Shown here: one piece after another, positions 18,194 through 27,779 of the stretch | How the letters are laid out: each line of letters opens with the position of its first letter | Position numbering within the stretch: the stretch's first letter is position 1 | Assembly: GCA_938084905.1 (NCBI GenBank) | Contig: CALKEQ010000002.1 | Span: 139,515 to 203,514 of the forward strand | Origin: an uncultured bacterium | GTDB taxonomy: Bacteria > Desulfobacterota > Syntrophorhabdia > Syntrophorhabdales > JANXAF01 | Length of the DNA: 64,000 nucleotides | Direction: 5' to 3' | Notes under the pieces: model-generated | The model's input: only the letters and a program-made list of their open reading frames with translations | What the model was told of the DNA's origin: nothing | The model's database searches: none | Made by a program: the position numbers and the translations under genes

Positions 18194-18654
18194 TTCCTCG
18201 AAGCTTCCTCTATAGCTTCAATTATCTTTTTGTAGCCAGTGCATCTGCAAAGGTTGGATGAGATACTCTCCACGATTTCGGCCCTTTCTGGATGAGGATT
18301 CCTTTGAAGGAGAGCCTTTGCAGTCATGATCATACCTGGCGTACAAAAACCGCACTGAACGGCACCTTTCTCCACAAATGCCTTCTGCAATGGGTGTAAA
18401 TTCCCATCCTTTTTTAAGCCTTCTATAGTTTCTATTTCAGCTCCTTGAGCCTCGAGAGTAAGGACAAGGCAAGATCTTACAGGCGTACCGTTTAAAATTA
18501 CAGTGCACGCGCCACAAGAACCAAGACTACAAGCCTCCTTCGCACCTGTCAGTGAAAGCCTCTCCCTCAGTGTCTCAAGGAGGGTCTCATATGGCCTGAC
18601 CTCTATTGAAATTTTCTCGCCATTGACAGTAAAAGAGACCTTCCGCAGTCTCAT
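18190..18654 (-). CDS. Molybdenum hydroxylase small subunit, two [2Fe-2S] clusters
   Basis: Plant-type CSLGSCGACTV plus a second cluster CGFCTPG...CRCTGY. Confidence 0.9.
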   Translation of the reverse strand: MRLRKVSFTVNGEKISIEVRPYETLLETLRERLSLTGAKEACSLGSCGACTVILNGTPVRSCLVLTLEAQGAEIETIEGLKKDGNLHPLQKAFVEKGAVQCGFCTPGMIMTAKALLQRNPHPERAEIVESISSNLCRCTGYKKIIEAIEEASRK

Positions 18655-18655
18655 C

Positions 18656-19597
18656 TTAGACCCCCTTTCTCATTTTCTCTATCAACCTTCTTGCTATGAC
18701 TTTTCCCATCTTCTTTATGTAAATTGGGGAAAGAACAGTGTTGGCTACTGGCTTAAGATCCTGATAAACCCTCTCTATAAGCCCCTCAACGTAGTCTCCG
18801 TTTAAGTCTTCAACAACGTATTTGAGGGGCTTCGCTCCAACTGCACCTATTACGAGAATGCAATTTTTTCCATTCAGAGAGATGGCTCCGTTTATAATTG
18901 CATAGTCTATAGATCCTCTAACTCTCAATTTTTCGAAAGCACCAGGCCTCTCATCTTCACTGATCTCTATCTCCTTTACAATCTCTCCATCCTTAAGATT
19001 GAAGGGGGATTCAGATTTTCCAGTGAAAATCTCCTCCAATTTGCACCTTCTCTCCCCCTCTTTACCATAGAGCACAACTCTCGCATCCAAGGATAAGAGG
19101 GCAGGGGATAAATCGCTCAAGTAATTGGCAAAGCAAACGTTTTTACCTCCTACCGCATGGCAGGAGGTCCCTCCCATTTTGTAGCAGTAGCCCTTAGCTC
19201 TTCTCCATTCCAATGATTTATTGTAAAAAAGGCATCTTGTCTCTTGAAGTACATTACCCCCTATCGTTCCCCTCATCTGTAAAGTTTCGCAAGAGGTCAT
19301 ACAGGCTGCCTCATGGAGGCAGGGATATTTTCTCTTTATCGTTTCGTTCCTTTTTAATTCAAAGATCGTCGTATTTGAGCCTATTGCAATCGAACCATCC
19401 TTCTCTCTTACTCCTTTCATCTCCTCAATCTGCTTTATGTCAATCACCAAAGAAGGTGTTTTAAGTCTAAGCTTTATTCGTGGGATAAGATCCGTTCCTC
19501 CCGCAAGATAGACCGCATTCCCTTTGTATTTCTCAAAAACCTCAAAAGCCTCCTTTACGCTTCTTACCCTTCTGTAGTCCAATTTGGGGAGTATCAT
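18656..19597 (-). CDS. Molybdenum hydroxylase FAD-binding medium subunit with four-Cys insertion (HcrB-like)
   Basis: FAD-binding-5 motif (AGGTDL) and CO-dehydrogenase flavoprotein C-terminal region. Extra Cys at residues 122, 138, 146 and 155. Confidence 0.85.
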   Translation of the reverse strand: MILPKLDYRRVRSVKEAFEVFEKYKGNAVYLAGGTDLIPRIKLRLKTPSLVIDIKQIEEMKGVREKDGSIAIGSNTTIFELKRNETIKRKYPCLHEAACMTSCETLQMRGTIGGNVLQETRCLFYNKSLEWRRAKGYCYKMGGTSCHAVGGKNVCFANYLSDLSPALLSLDARVVLYGKEGERRCKLEEIFTGKSESPFNLKDGEIVKEIEISEDERPGAFEKLRVRGSIDYAIINGAISLNGKNCILVIGAVGAKPLKYVVEDLNGDYVEGLIERVYQDLKPVANTVLSPIYIKKMGKVIARRLIEKMRKGV

Positions 19598-21864
19598 CCC
19601 TTCACCTCCTCAAGGAGTTCGATCACTTTATCAGGAGTAAGGGGTAGTTCTTTGAAGAGTTTTCCTGTCGCATTGTAAAAGGCACATGCCACCGCGCTGT
19701 AAGCGTTCATCCTTATAGTCAAACCCCCTTCCTTCGCTCCAAAGGGACCTTCAGGATCGAGGGTCGTAACAATCACACTCTTTATTTCAGGCATGTCTTT
19801 TGCCGTCGGAACCTTATACTCAAGAAGATCGGGGTTGAGGAGGAAACCTTGGTGCCAGAGATTACCTTCCATTATTGTCGCCACCCCTGCCTGCATCACA
19901 GATCCTTCTAACTGGCCTTCAACTGCCATTGGGTTGATAGCCCTTCCGCAGTCATGAACTGCTATAAATGTTGGTATGCTTATCTTGCCCGTTTCCGCGT
20001 CCAGTTCTATCTCTGCCACTGAGGTTCCGTAGCTGAAAGTTCCTGCCATTTGTCCGTAGGGCCTAGAAACCCATTCTCTTTTTAGATCTATAGCTGGAAA
20101 GTAAGACCCTCTTCCCATAATCGGTCTTCCTCTAAGGAAAGCCTCCCTAACAATCCAAGAGATAGGTATTTTGTTCTCAGGGTTCTTTTTAGAAAAAACC
20201 ATCCTGTCCCTCAGGACTATGTCCTCTTCATCTCCACCGATTTTCTCCTTTGCTATTTCTACTATCTGCCTTCTTGCATCCTCGCATGCTCTTTTTACCG
20301 CATTTACTCCCACAAATGCAGCCGCTTGTGAATAGGCGCCTGGATCCAGGTTCGTAACCTCTGTATCCGCATTCACGATGTTTATGTCTTCCATCGGTAT
20401 CCCAAGAACCTCCGATGCAACCTGAATTGCCATCGACTCATTTCCCTGGCCATTGTCAACGATCGCAGTTACGATTGTAGCCTGACCGTCATCGTTCAGT
20501 TTCACGTAACAGGAGGAACCAGATCTGAATCCCATAGGAAAACCGCACATGATGGCAACGCATCCCATCCCTATTCCTTTAAACGGCTCATTTTTACTCC
20601 ATTTGTATTTGAAATTGGACCTTTTTGAAGCCTCCTCAATCGTTTCTGAGAGTCCACAGCTTATGATCTTTGAGCCTGTTGCAGTCTGATCGCCTGTCCT
20701 TAATCCGTTCTTCAGTCTTATTTCAACCGGATCGAGTCCCAATTCCTTTGCAATGAGGTCAAGCTGAGCCTCACATCCTGCGAGGAAGGCTCTCCCGTGA
20801 CATCCGTACATTCCCCTTATACCCTTGTTTGTAAAGACCCTGTAACCGTGGTATCTCACATTTGGCATCCTGTAGCACTCCTCGTAGACGTAAAAGGGAA
20901 CGGATGTGGCAATAGGTCCCGTGCTGCTATAAGCTCCACCATCGTATATGACTTCGTAGTCCCTGGCTATTATAGTTCCGTCCTTTTTTACTCCCGTCTT
21001 TATACGAGCAATTAAATCGTGAACCTGCCTACTACATATTGCGTTCTCCTCCCTTGACATGACAAGCTTTACAGGCCTTTCAGTCTTGATTGATAAAAGA
21101 GAGGCAATAAAATCAGCAGGGGCAACCTCAGACCTTCCACCGAAAGCACCTCCTATAAAGACCCTTCTAACCCTTATCCTGTTCAGAGGTATTCTAAGAA
21201 GATTTGAGAGAGCCTTAGCCCTTACGTGTGGTCCTGCGTTGGGCATCCATAGATCTAGATAACCGTTATTGTAATAGGCAACACAGGCGTAAGGCTCAAG
21301 CATTGCGTATGCTTCCCCTTTTGCCCTGAACTTATCCTCCCTCACATAGTAAGCCTCTTTGAACGCATCGTCCACATTTCCAACTTCTATGTGAACATGG
21401 ATATTTATGTTTCTCGGGAACTCCTCATGTATAAGAGGGGCTCCCTCTTTCATCGCCTCTTCTGGGTCAAATACCGCCTCAAGTGGTTCGTAATCGACTT
21501 TTATTAGATCAAGTGCTTCTTGCGCGGTTTCTTCATCCACAGCTGCCACAGCCGCCACATCTTCTCCAACGTATCTCACCTTGTCAGTTGGCAACATCAT
21601 ATGGTCCTGAGTGTACTTAAAAACCCCCCATTTTACGCCATAGCCATCCTTACCTGTAATTACAGCCTTAACACCTAAGAGTTTTTTAGCCCTAGATACG
21701 TCAATGTTTAGAATCTTCGCATGAGCATAAGGGCTCCTCAAAACTTTTGCAATGAGCATATTTGGTAATTTGATGTCAGCAGTGTACTGAGCAGAGCCAG
21801 TTACCTTGAAAATAGAGTCGGTTCTTGGAACTCTCTTTCCAACAACGTAAAATTCTTGATCCAT
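19594..21864 (-). CDS. Molybdenum hydroxylase large (molybdopterin-binding) subunit, aldehyde oxidase/xanthine dehydrogenase family
   Basis: 756 aa with an a/b-hammerhead N-terminus (VPRTDSIFKVTGSAQYTADI) and MoCo-binding segments (GGAFGGR, catalytic-Glu region KEGG). Confidence 0.9.
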   Translation of the reverse strand: MDQEFYVVGKRVPRTDSIFKVTGSAQYTADIKLPNMLIAKVLRSPYAHAKILNIDVSRAKKLLGVKAVITGKDGYGVKWGVFKYTQDHMMLPTDKVRYVGEDVAAVAAVDEETAQEALDLIKVDYEPLEAVFDPEEAMKEGAPLIHEEFPRNINIHVHIEVGNVDDAFKEAYYVREDKFRAKGEAYAMLEPYACVAYYNNGYLDLWMPNAGPHVRAKALSNLLRIPLNRIRVRRVFIGGAFGGRSEVAPADFIASLLSIKTERPVKLVMSREENAICSRQVHDLIARIKTGVKKDGTIIARDYEVIYDGGAYSSTGPIATSVPFYVYEECYRMPNVRYHGYRVFTNKGIRGMYGCHGRAFLAGCEAQLDLIAKELGLDPVEIRLKNGLRTGDQTATGSKIISCGLSETIEEASKRSNFKYKWSKNEPFKGIGMGCVAIMCGFPMGFRSGSSCYVKLNDDGQATIVTAIVDNGQGNESMAIQVASEVLGIPMEDINIVNADTEVTNLDPGAYSQAAAFVGVNAVKRACEDARRQIVEIAKEKIGGDEEDIVLRDRMVFSKKNPENKIPISWIVREAFLRGRPIMGRGSYFPAIDLKREWVSRPYGQMAGTFSYGTSVAEIELDAETGKISIPTFIAVHDCGRAINPMAVEGQLEGSVMQAGVATIMEGNLWHQGFLLNPDLLEYKVPTAKDMPEIKSVIVTTLDPEGPFGAKEGGLTIRMNAYSAVACAFYNATGKLFKELPLTPDKVIELLEEVKG

Positions 21865-21934
21865 AGAAAGCCTCCGTGAGATCTAGTGTATCAACAATAG
21901 AATAAAGGATTACTTTCCTTAAAGCAAGGAAAAT

Positions 21935-21944
21935 TTGTATACAA
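21935..21944. promoter_or_regulatory. Perfect palindrome TTGTATACAA upstream of the Mo-hydroxylase operon
   Basis: 10-bp palindrome inside an AT-rich imperfect extension (AAAATTTGTATACAAGATTTT), about 75 nt upstream of the large-subunit ATG. Candidate operator. Confidence 0.3.
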
Positions 21945-21993
21945 GATTTTTACGGGACGGGCTGAGTATTAATTCAAGACTAAAAGAGCCTTT

Positions 21994-22131
21994 CTATCCT
22001 TCCTCTTTAAAAAAGGCGCTCTTTGGCGCATTGCATACAGGGCACCGCCAGTCCTCAGGAAGCTCCTCAAAAGGGACTTTCTCTACTCTTTCATCGTACT
22101 GATACCCACATACACTGCAAGTCCAGATCAT
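21994..22131 (-). CDS. rub: Rubredoxin (45 aa, below ORF-track cutoff)
   Basis: Hand-translated as MIWTCSVCGYQYDERVEKVPFEELPEDWRCPVCNAPKSAFFKEEG*. CxxCG...CPxC with conserved Y/W/F. SD AAGGAGG upstream. The ATG overlaps the perR-like stop (ATGA). Confidence 0.85.
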   Translation of the reverse strand: MIWTCSVCGYQYDERVEKVPFEELPEDWRCPVCNAPKSAFFKEEG

Positions 22132-22547
22132 CTTTCCTCCTTTTGTTTTGCTTTACAAGGTGGACACTTCCCGTAAATGTCCACTTGGATCCTATCTATG
22201 GAGAAACCACGCTTCTCCAGTTGGGCAGTATCAACTGGAAGATCCATTGAAATATCCAGGACCTTTCCACATTTGGTACATTTAAGGTGATGATGGGGAC
22301 TTACGTCCGGATCATAACGCTTTCTTTCAGGATCTATGTTCAGTTCAAGTACCATCCCTTTATTTTTTAACATTTCCAGGGTATTATAGACAGTGGCAAA
22401 TGATATGGTTGGGAACTTTTTCGATATGGCTCTGAAGACGTCCAGGGCTGAGGGGTGCTCCTTATTGTTTTTCAGATACTCAATTATTGCTAGACGTTGC
22501 GGGGTCATCTTGAAATCGTACTTTCTTAGTTTTCTTCGAGGCATCAA
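22128..22547 (-). CDS. Fur-family regulator, PerR-like
   Basis: Winged-helix N-terminus (TPQRLAIIEYL), HHH, and CTKCG...CPPC structural Zn site. Co-transcribed with rubredoxin. Confidence 0.8.
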   Translation of the reverse strand: MMPRRKLRKYDFKMTPQRLAIIEYLKNNKEHPSALDVFRAISKKFPTISFATVYNTLEMLKNKGMVLELNIDPERKRYDPDVSPHHHLKCTKCGKVLDISMDLPVDTAQLEKRGFSIDRIQVDIYGKCPPCKAKQKEER

Positions 22548-22551
22548 TTTA

Positions 22552-22568
22552 TGTTACAATCTGTAACA
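22552..22568. promoter_or_regulatory. Inverted repeat TGTTACA-ATC-TGTAACA (candidate Fur/PerR operator)
   Basis: Perfect 7-3-7 palindrome starting 5 nt upstream of the perR-like start codon, in the 80-bp divergent perR/ilvD region. Confidence 0.45.
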
Positions 22569-22627
22569 ATTACTGTCAAGTTATTTTTTCAATTTTTCTA
22601 GATTGACAAAAAATCTCGGGAGGGATC

Positions 22628-24292
22628 ATGAGATCAGACAAGATGAAGAAAGGCATAGATAGGGCGCCTCACAGATCTCTCTTTTATGCCTTGGGGTATG
22701 AGAGAGATGAAATTGAAAGACCAATAATAGGTATTGCAAATTCTGCGAACGAGCTGATCCCAGGCCATATGCACCTTGACAGGATAGCGCAGGCTGTAAA
22801 GGAAGGGATAAGAATGGCAGGGGGAACTCCTATGGAATTTAGGACAATAGGAATCTGCGACGGAATAGCGATGGGTCACGAAGGTATGAAGTACTCTCTT
22901 TGCTCAAGGGAACTGATATGTGATTCTATTGAGGTTATGGCTCGGGCCTATCTTTTCGACGGACTCGTTCTCATACCCAACTGTGACAAAATAGTTCCAG
23001 GAATGATGATGGCTGCCATGAGACTTAACATACCTTCGATAGTTGTAAGTGGTGGGCCTATGCTTAAGGGCAGATTGAGAGGTAAACCTGTTGATCTTAT
23101 CTCAGTCTTCGAGGGCGTTGGCAAGGTTGCGGGAGGGCTCATGGATGAGGAAGAACTTTCCCATCTCGAGTTTAGTGCGTGTCCAGGACCTGGTTCCTGT
23201 AGCGGAATGTTTACTGCAAATTCCATGAACTGTCTCTCGGAGGCGCTCGGAATCGCTCTTCCTGGAAATGGCACGATCCCCGCTGTTTACTCTGAGAGGA
23301 TCCGTCTTGCAAAGCTCTCAGGAAGAAAGATTGTGGAGCTTGTAAAGAAAGGGATTACGCCAAGAGAAATTATGACTTTGGAAGCTTTCAAAAATGCAAT
23401 AGCAGTCGATATGGCTTTCGGTGGTTCCAGTAACACTGTCCTCCATCTAAAGGCCATCGCAAGCGAGGGAAAGGTCGATTTAGATCTCTCCGTTTTTGAC
23501 GAAATATCGGAAAAAACTCCCCATATATGCAACATGAGGCCTTCCGGACCTTACCATCTTGAAGATCTCTATTTTGCCGGTGGAGTGGCTGCTATTATGA
23601 AGAGACTTTCGGAGATAGATCTTATACACCAGGAATGTCTCACAGTTTCGGGAAAGAAGATAGGAGAGATTATAAGGGAGGCAAAAATTGAGGAGGAAGA
23701 TGTAATAAGGCCACTTGAGAGAGCCTACGACGTAAAAGGAGGTCTAACCATCTTAAAAGGAAGTTTAGCTCCACAAGGAGCCATAGTTAAAAAAAGTGGT
23801 GTGGACAGAAGACTCTGGAGGTTTGAAGGAAGGGCAAGGGTATTCGAGAGCGAAGAAGAATCTGTTCAAGCATTAAAAGAAGGTAGAATAAGACCGAAAG
23901 AGGCGATCATCATCCGCTACGAGGGGCCAAAAGGTGGTCCTGGAATGAGGGAAATGCTTGCACCCACAAGCATCCTTGTTGGCCTTGGCCTTGACAGGGA
24001 ATGTGCTTTGATCACGGATGGTAGGTTTTCAGGAGGAACAAGGGGGTTGTGCGTAGGTCACGTATCTCCAGAGGCCCAAAGTGGTGGTCCCATAGCCTAT
24101 GTAAAGGATGGGGACAGGATCATTATAGATATTGAGAGGAAGAGTATTGAGCTTTTGGTTCCGGAAAAGGAGATGGAGGAGAGGAGAAGGGGATGGAGGC
24201 CGCCTGAAAAAAAGGTGAAGGAAGGATATATGGTCCGCTATTCTTATTTTGTAAGTTCCGCCTCAGATGGTGCGATCTTGGAGATGCCCTGA
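22628..24292 (+). CDS. ilvD: Dihydroxy-acid dehydratase
   Basis: 554 aa. RAPHRSL N-terminus, Fe-S ligand region CDKIVPGM, and the GGPGMREML signature. Confidence 0.95.
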   Translation: MRSDKMKKGIDRAPHRSLFYALGYERDEIERPIIGIANSANELIPGHMHLDRIAQAVKEGIRMAGGTPMEFRTIGICDGIAMGHEGMKYSLCSRELICDSIEVMARAYLFDGLVLIPNCDKIVPGMMMAAMRLNIPSIVVSGGPMLKGRLRGKPVDLISVFEGVGKVAGGLMDEEELSHLEFSACPGPGSCSGMFTANSMNCLSEALGIALPGNGTIPAVYSERIRLAKLSGRKIVELVKKGITPREIMTLEAFKNAIAVDMAFGGSSNTVLHLKAIASEGKVDLDLSVFDEISEKTPHICNMRPSGPYHLEDLYFAGGVAAIMKRLSEIDLIHQECLTVSGKKIGEIIREAKIEEEDVIRPLERAYDVKGGLTILKGSLAPQGAIVKKSGVDRRLWRFEGRARVFESEEESVQALKEGRIRPKEAIIIRYEGPKGGPGMREMLAPTSILVGLGLDRECALITDGRFSGGTRGLCVGHVSPEAQSGGPIAYVKDGDRIIIDIERKSIELLVPEKEMEERRRGWRPPEKKVKEGYMVRYSYFVSSASDGAILEMP

Positions 24293-24356
24293 AACCGGTT
24301 GCAGAAGTGTAAGCTTTGTGTTAACTTAAAAAATCGAATCTCCCTCATAGACGAGC

Positions 24357-27110
24357 ATGGACTATAAAGGAACCTTAAATCTTCCGAATACTGATTTTCC
24401 AATGAAGGCCAATCTTCCACAAAAGGAAAAGGAGATACTCGAATACTGGAAGAAGATAGATCTTTACAGAAGGCTTGTGGAAAAATCGAAGGATAGAGAG
24501 ACCTTCACTCTCCACGACGGTCCACCTTACGCAAATGGCCATATCCATCTTGGTACTGCCCTAAATAAGATTTTAAAAGACATAGTTGTAAAATCGAGAT
24601 TCATGTCAGGATACAGGGCCGATTTCGTCCCTGGATGGGACTGTCACGGCCTGCCAATAGAGCATCAGATAGAAAAGGAGCTTAAAGAAAAAAACCTTAA
24701 TCCCTCAAAGCTGGAGATGAGAAAACTTTGTCGGTCATACGCAGAGAAGTACGTGAATATTCAGAGAGAGGAATTCAAAAAACTTGGATGTATAGGGGAC
24801 TGGGAGAGGCCTTATATGACAATGGATTACGATTACCAGGCCTCCATTTTAGAGGAGATGATGAAGTTTTTCCTAAGGGGGGAAATTTACAGAAAGAGAA
24901 AACCTGTTCACTGGTGCATAAATTGCATGACAGCCCTCGCTGAGGCAGAAATTGAGTACGAGCTTGAATTAACAGACTCCATATACGTTAAGTTTCCCTT
25001 GATGAGAAAAACTGACGATTACTTGGGGTTTTTTTCAGATAAACCTTACTTCATCCTCATATGGACCACAACTCCATGGACTCTTCCTGCCAATTTGGCT
25101 GTAGCTATCCATCCGGCCTATAAGTACGTGGCAGTGGAAACGGATGAGGAGGTCTACATTCTACTTTCCGACCTCGTTGAAGAGGTTATGGGGAAAAAGG
25201 GTATAAAAAAGTACAGGGTTTCAGATCCTATTCCTCAAGAGAAGTTGAAGGGTCTTGTTTTCAGGCATCCCTTTCTTGAAAGGGAATCTCTCCTCGTCTT
25301 TGCTGACTACGTGGCAAGGGATGTGGGAACTGGTGTGGTTCACATAGCTCCAGGTCATGGGGAGGAGGATTATGAAACAGGAATAGAATATGGACTAGAA
25401 TGTTACTCTCCAGTTGATGAGAGAGGAAATTTTACGGAGGAAGTTCGGGAACTAAAAGGACTAAACGTTTTTTCCGCAAATTCCTTCATCATAGATAAAC
25501 TTGAGACCCTGAACATGCTTTTCTACAAAGAAAAAATCGAACATTCCTATCCTCACTGCTGGAGATGCAAAAACCCTGTCATATTCAGGGCAACAGAGCA
25601 ATGGTTCATCTCCCTTGACAAAAATAAGCTTAGGGAAAGGGCTTTAAAGGAAATTGACAGCGTCAGATGGGTACCAAGATGGGGAAGGGATAGAATATAC
25701 AACATGTTGTTTTCGAGACCTGACTGGTGCATCTCTAGACAGAGAAGCTGGGGCATCCCAATAACGGTTTTTTACTGTACAGAATGTAACGAACCTTTCT
25801 GGTCAGAGGAAAGTTTCAAAAGGGTTATAGAGGAAGTGAGAAAGAGAGGAGCTGATGTCTGGTTCGAAGAGAATGTCTCCTACTTTCTCCCAGAGGGTAC
25901 GAGATGTAGGAGATGTGGGGGAAAAAATTTCAGAAAGGAAGAGGATATAGTAGATGTCTGGTTCGATTCTGGGGTAAGCTGGGCAGCTGTATGTAAAAAA
26001 AGGGAAGAACTGAAATATCCAGCAGATCTTTACCTGGAAGGGTCGGACCAGCACAGAGGCTGGTTCCACAGCTCTCTTCTCACATCGGTAGGAAACGAGG
26101 GTATGGCTCCTTACAGAACCGTGCTAACACATGGTTTCGTTGTTGACGGAAGTGGAAGAAAAATGTCCAAATCTTTGGGTAACATAATTGCGCCTGAAGA
26201 GATAATAGATAAATACGGAGCCGAAATACTGAGACTGTGGGTAACTTACGAGGACTTTCGGAACGACATAAAAATATCAAAGGAGATCTTGCTCAGAGTT
26301 GTGGAAACCTACAGAAGGATAAGGAACACTCTCCGTTTTCTCCATGCAAACATTTACGATTTTGATCCAAAAAAGGATAGCGTTCCTTACGAAGAGCTAT
26401 CATTTGTCGATAAGTGGATCCTCTCAAGATTGAACGATGTGATCTCAAGGTGCCTTCATGCGTACAATGATTACACCTTCCACGTTATCTACCATACTGT
26501 CCTCAATTTCTGTGCTGTAGATTTGAGCGCCCTCTATCTTGATATAGTCAAGGACAGACTCTATGTGGAGAGGAAAGACTCGCCAAAAAGAAGAGCGACT
26601 CAAACGGCCATATACACCATTCTTATTTCTCTTGTTAAGCTTATCGCTCCTGTACTATCCACTACTTCTGAGGAAATGTGGCTACACCTCAGACGATCCG
26701 TTGAGGAGGAGAGTGTCTTTTTGAGTCAATTTCCACAACCTGAAGCTAAGTACAAAAATCCCGAAATTGAAAGGATATGGGAAAGAATATTAAAAATAAG
26801 GGAAGAGGTGAACAAAAGGATCGAGAAAAAAAGAAACGAAAAAGCAGTTGGTCACTCCCTTGATGCGAAGGTTACACTCTTTTTAGAAAAGGAGGATTAC
26901 GATCTTTTCCTTCCTCTCCAAGATGAACTTAAAGATATACTTATCGTTTCTCAGCTAACTTTGAAAAGGGCAGAAAGTTACGATGTAGAGGTTGAGAGAG
27001 CCCAGGGGATGAAGTGTGAAAGATGCTGGCACTATTCTCTGGATACGGGAAATTACGGAAGTTACGTGAATATTTGCAAAAGATGCGCGGATATCTTGTC
27101 CTCATTGTAG
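24357..27110 (+). CDS. ileS: Isoleucine--tRNA ligase
   Basis: HIGH-type PPYANGHIHLGT, KMSKS, a CP1 editing domain, and C-terminal Zn ribbon CERCW...CKRC. Confidence 0.95.
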   Translation: MDYKGTLNLPNTDFPMKANLPQKEKEILEYWKKIDLYRRLVEKSKDRETFTLHDGPPYANGHIHLGTALNKILKDIVVKSRFMSGYRADFVPGWDCHGLPIEHQIEKELKEKNLNPSKLEMRKLCRSYAEKYVNIQREEFKKLGCIGDWERPYMTMDYDYQASILEEMMKFFLRGEIYRKRKPVHWCINCMTALAEAEIEYELELTDSIYVKFPLMRKTDDYLGFFSDKPYFILIWTTTPWTLPANLAVAIHPAYKYVAVETDEEVYILLSDLVEEVMGKKGIKKYRVSDPIPQEKLKGLVFRHPFLERESLLVFADYVARDVGTGVVHIAPGHGEEDYETGIEYGLECYSPVDERGNFTEEVRELKGLNVFSANSFIIDKLETLNMLFYKEKIEHSYPHCWRCKNPVIFRATEQWFISLDKNKLRERALKEIDSVRWVPRWGRDRIYNMLFSRPDWCISRQRSWGIPITVFYCTECNEPFWSEESFKRVIEEVRKRGADVWFEENVSYFLPEGTRCRRCGGKNFRKEEDIVDVWFDSGVSWAAVCKKREELKYPADLYLEGSDQHRGWFHSSLLTSVGNEGMAPYRTVLTHGFVVDGSGRKMSKSLGNIIAPEEIIDKYGAEILRLWVTYEDFRNDIKISKEILLRVVETYRRIRNTLRFLHANIYDFDPKKDSVPYEELSFVDKWILSRLNDVISRCLHAYNDYTFHVIYHTVLNFCAVDLSALYLDIVKDRLYVERKDSPKRRATQTAIYTILISLVKLIAPVLSTTSEEMWLHLRRSVEEESVFLSQFPQPEAKYKNPEIERIWERILKIREEVNKRIEKKRNEKAVGHSLDAKVTLFLEKEDYDLFLPLQDELKDILIVSQLTLKRAESYDVEVERAQGMKCERCWHYSLDTGNYGSYVNICKRCADILSSL

Positions 27111-27535
27111 TACCTTTAATCTTCTTTATTGACATGGTATCGAAGGAATACGTAGAGAAACTCATCCCTCTTGGAGGTTCAAGGGAGTGTACCTCCTTTT
27201 TTTCAATTGTACACATAAGAAATTACGGAGGGGCCTTTAGCCTCCTCTCGGATTCCGAGTATGGGACACTCCTTCTCAAGGTCGTCCCCCTTCTTATAGT
27301 TGGAGCCTTGCTTTTTTTTGTATTAAGGGGTTTTTTTTCAAGCAAAAATTTACTTCCTGTCCTCCTCATTCTTGGAGGAGCGTTGGGAAATCTATACGAC
27401 AGAATCTTTAGGGGATACGTGATTGACTTTCTCGATTTCCACTACCAAAATCTGCACTGGCCAGCTTTTAACGTTGCAGATGCCAGTATTACATGCGGTG
27501 TTTTTCTCTGGATCCTCACGGAGATTAAAAAGTAG
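27083..27535 (+). CDS. lspA: Lipoprotein signal peptidase II
   Basis: NYGGAFS and FNVAD catalytic Asp motifs. I place the start at MRGYLVLIV (27083), in frame with the tracked 27023 and overlapping the ileS 3' end. Confidence 0.85.
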   Translation: MRGYLVLIVVPLIFFIDMVSKEYVEKLIPLGGSRECTSFFSIVHIRNYGGAFSLLSDSEYGTLLLKVVPLLIVGALLFFVLRGFFSSKNLLPVLLILGGALGNLYDRIFRGYVIDFLDFHYQNLHWPAFNVADASITCGVFLWILTEIKK

Positions 27536-27545
27536 ATAGAAAGCC

Positions 27546-27779
27546 ATGGATGATGAACTTAGAGATGAGGAAAGAAGGATAAGAAGGCTTAGGTTTATTG
27601 TGGACTTTGCCTTGAACTTCATAAGGGTCAACGACATTACCCATGAGGAAGCCTTAAGCATATTTGAAGGGGTAAAAAGACACGCCCTAAAACTCTTTCC
27701 TGACAAGGAGGAGGCTTTCGAAATAATCTACGCTCCCCGTTTCAGAAGACTCCTCAACGAGAAGTACAAAAGATCATAG
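27546..27779 (+). CDS. Hypothetical 77-aa protein
   Basis: Charged helical sequence with no recognisable motif. The ATG lies 10 nt after lspA, and the 3' end overlaps the convergent M24 peptidase gene by 6 nt. Confidence 0.4.
   Translation: MDDELRDEERRIRRLRFIVDFALNFIRVNDITHEEALSIFEGVKRHALKLFPDKEEAFEIIYAPRFRRLLNEKYKRS

Noticed and set aside
22023-22250. Tracked plus-strand 75-aa ORF.
   Set aside because: It is the antisense of the rubredoxin gene and the 3' end of the Fur-family gene, both of which have strong motif support.
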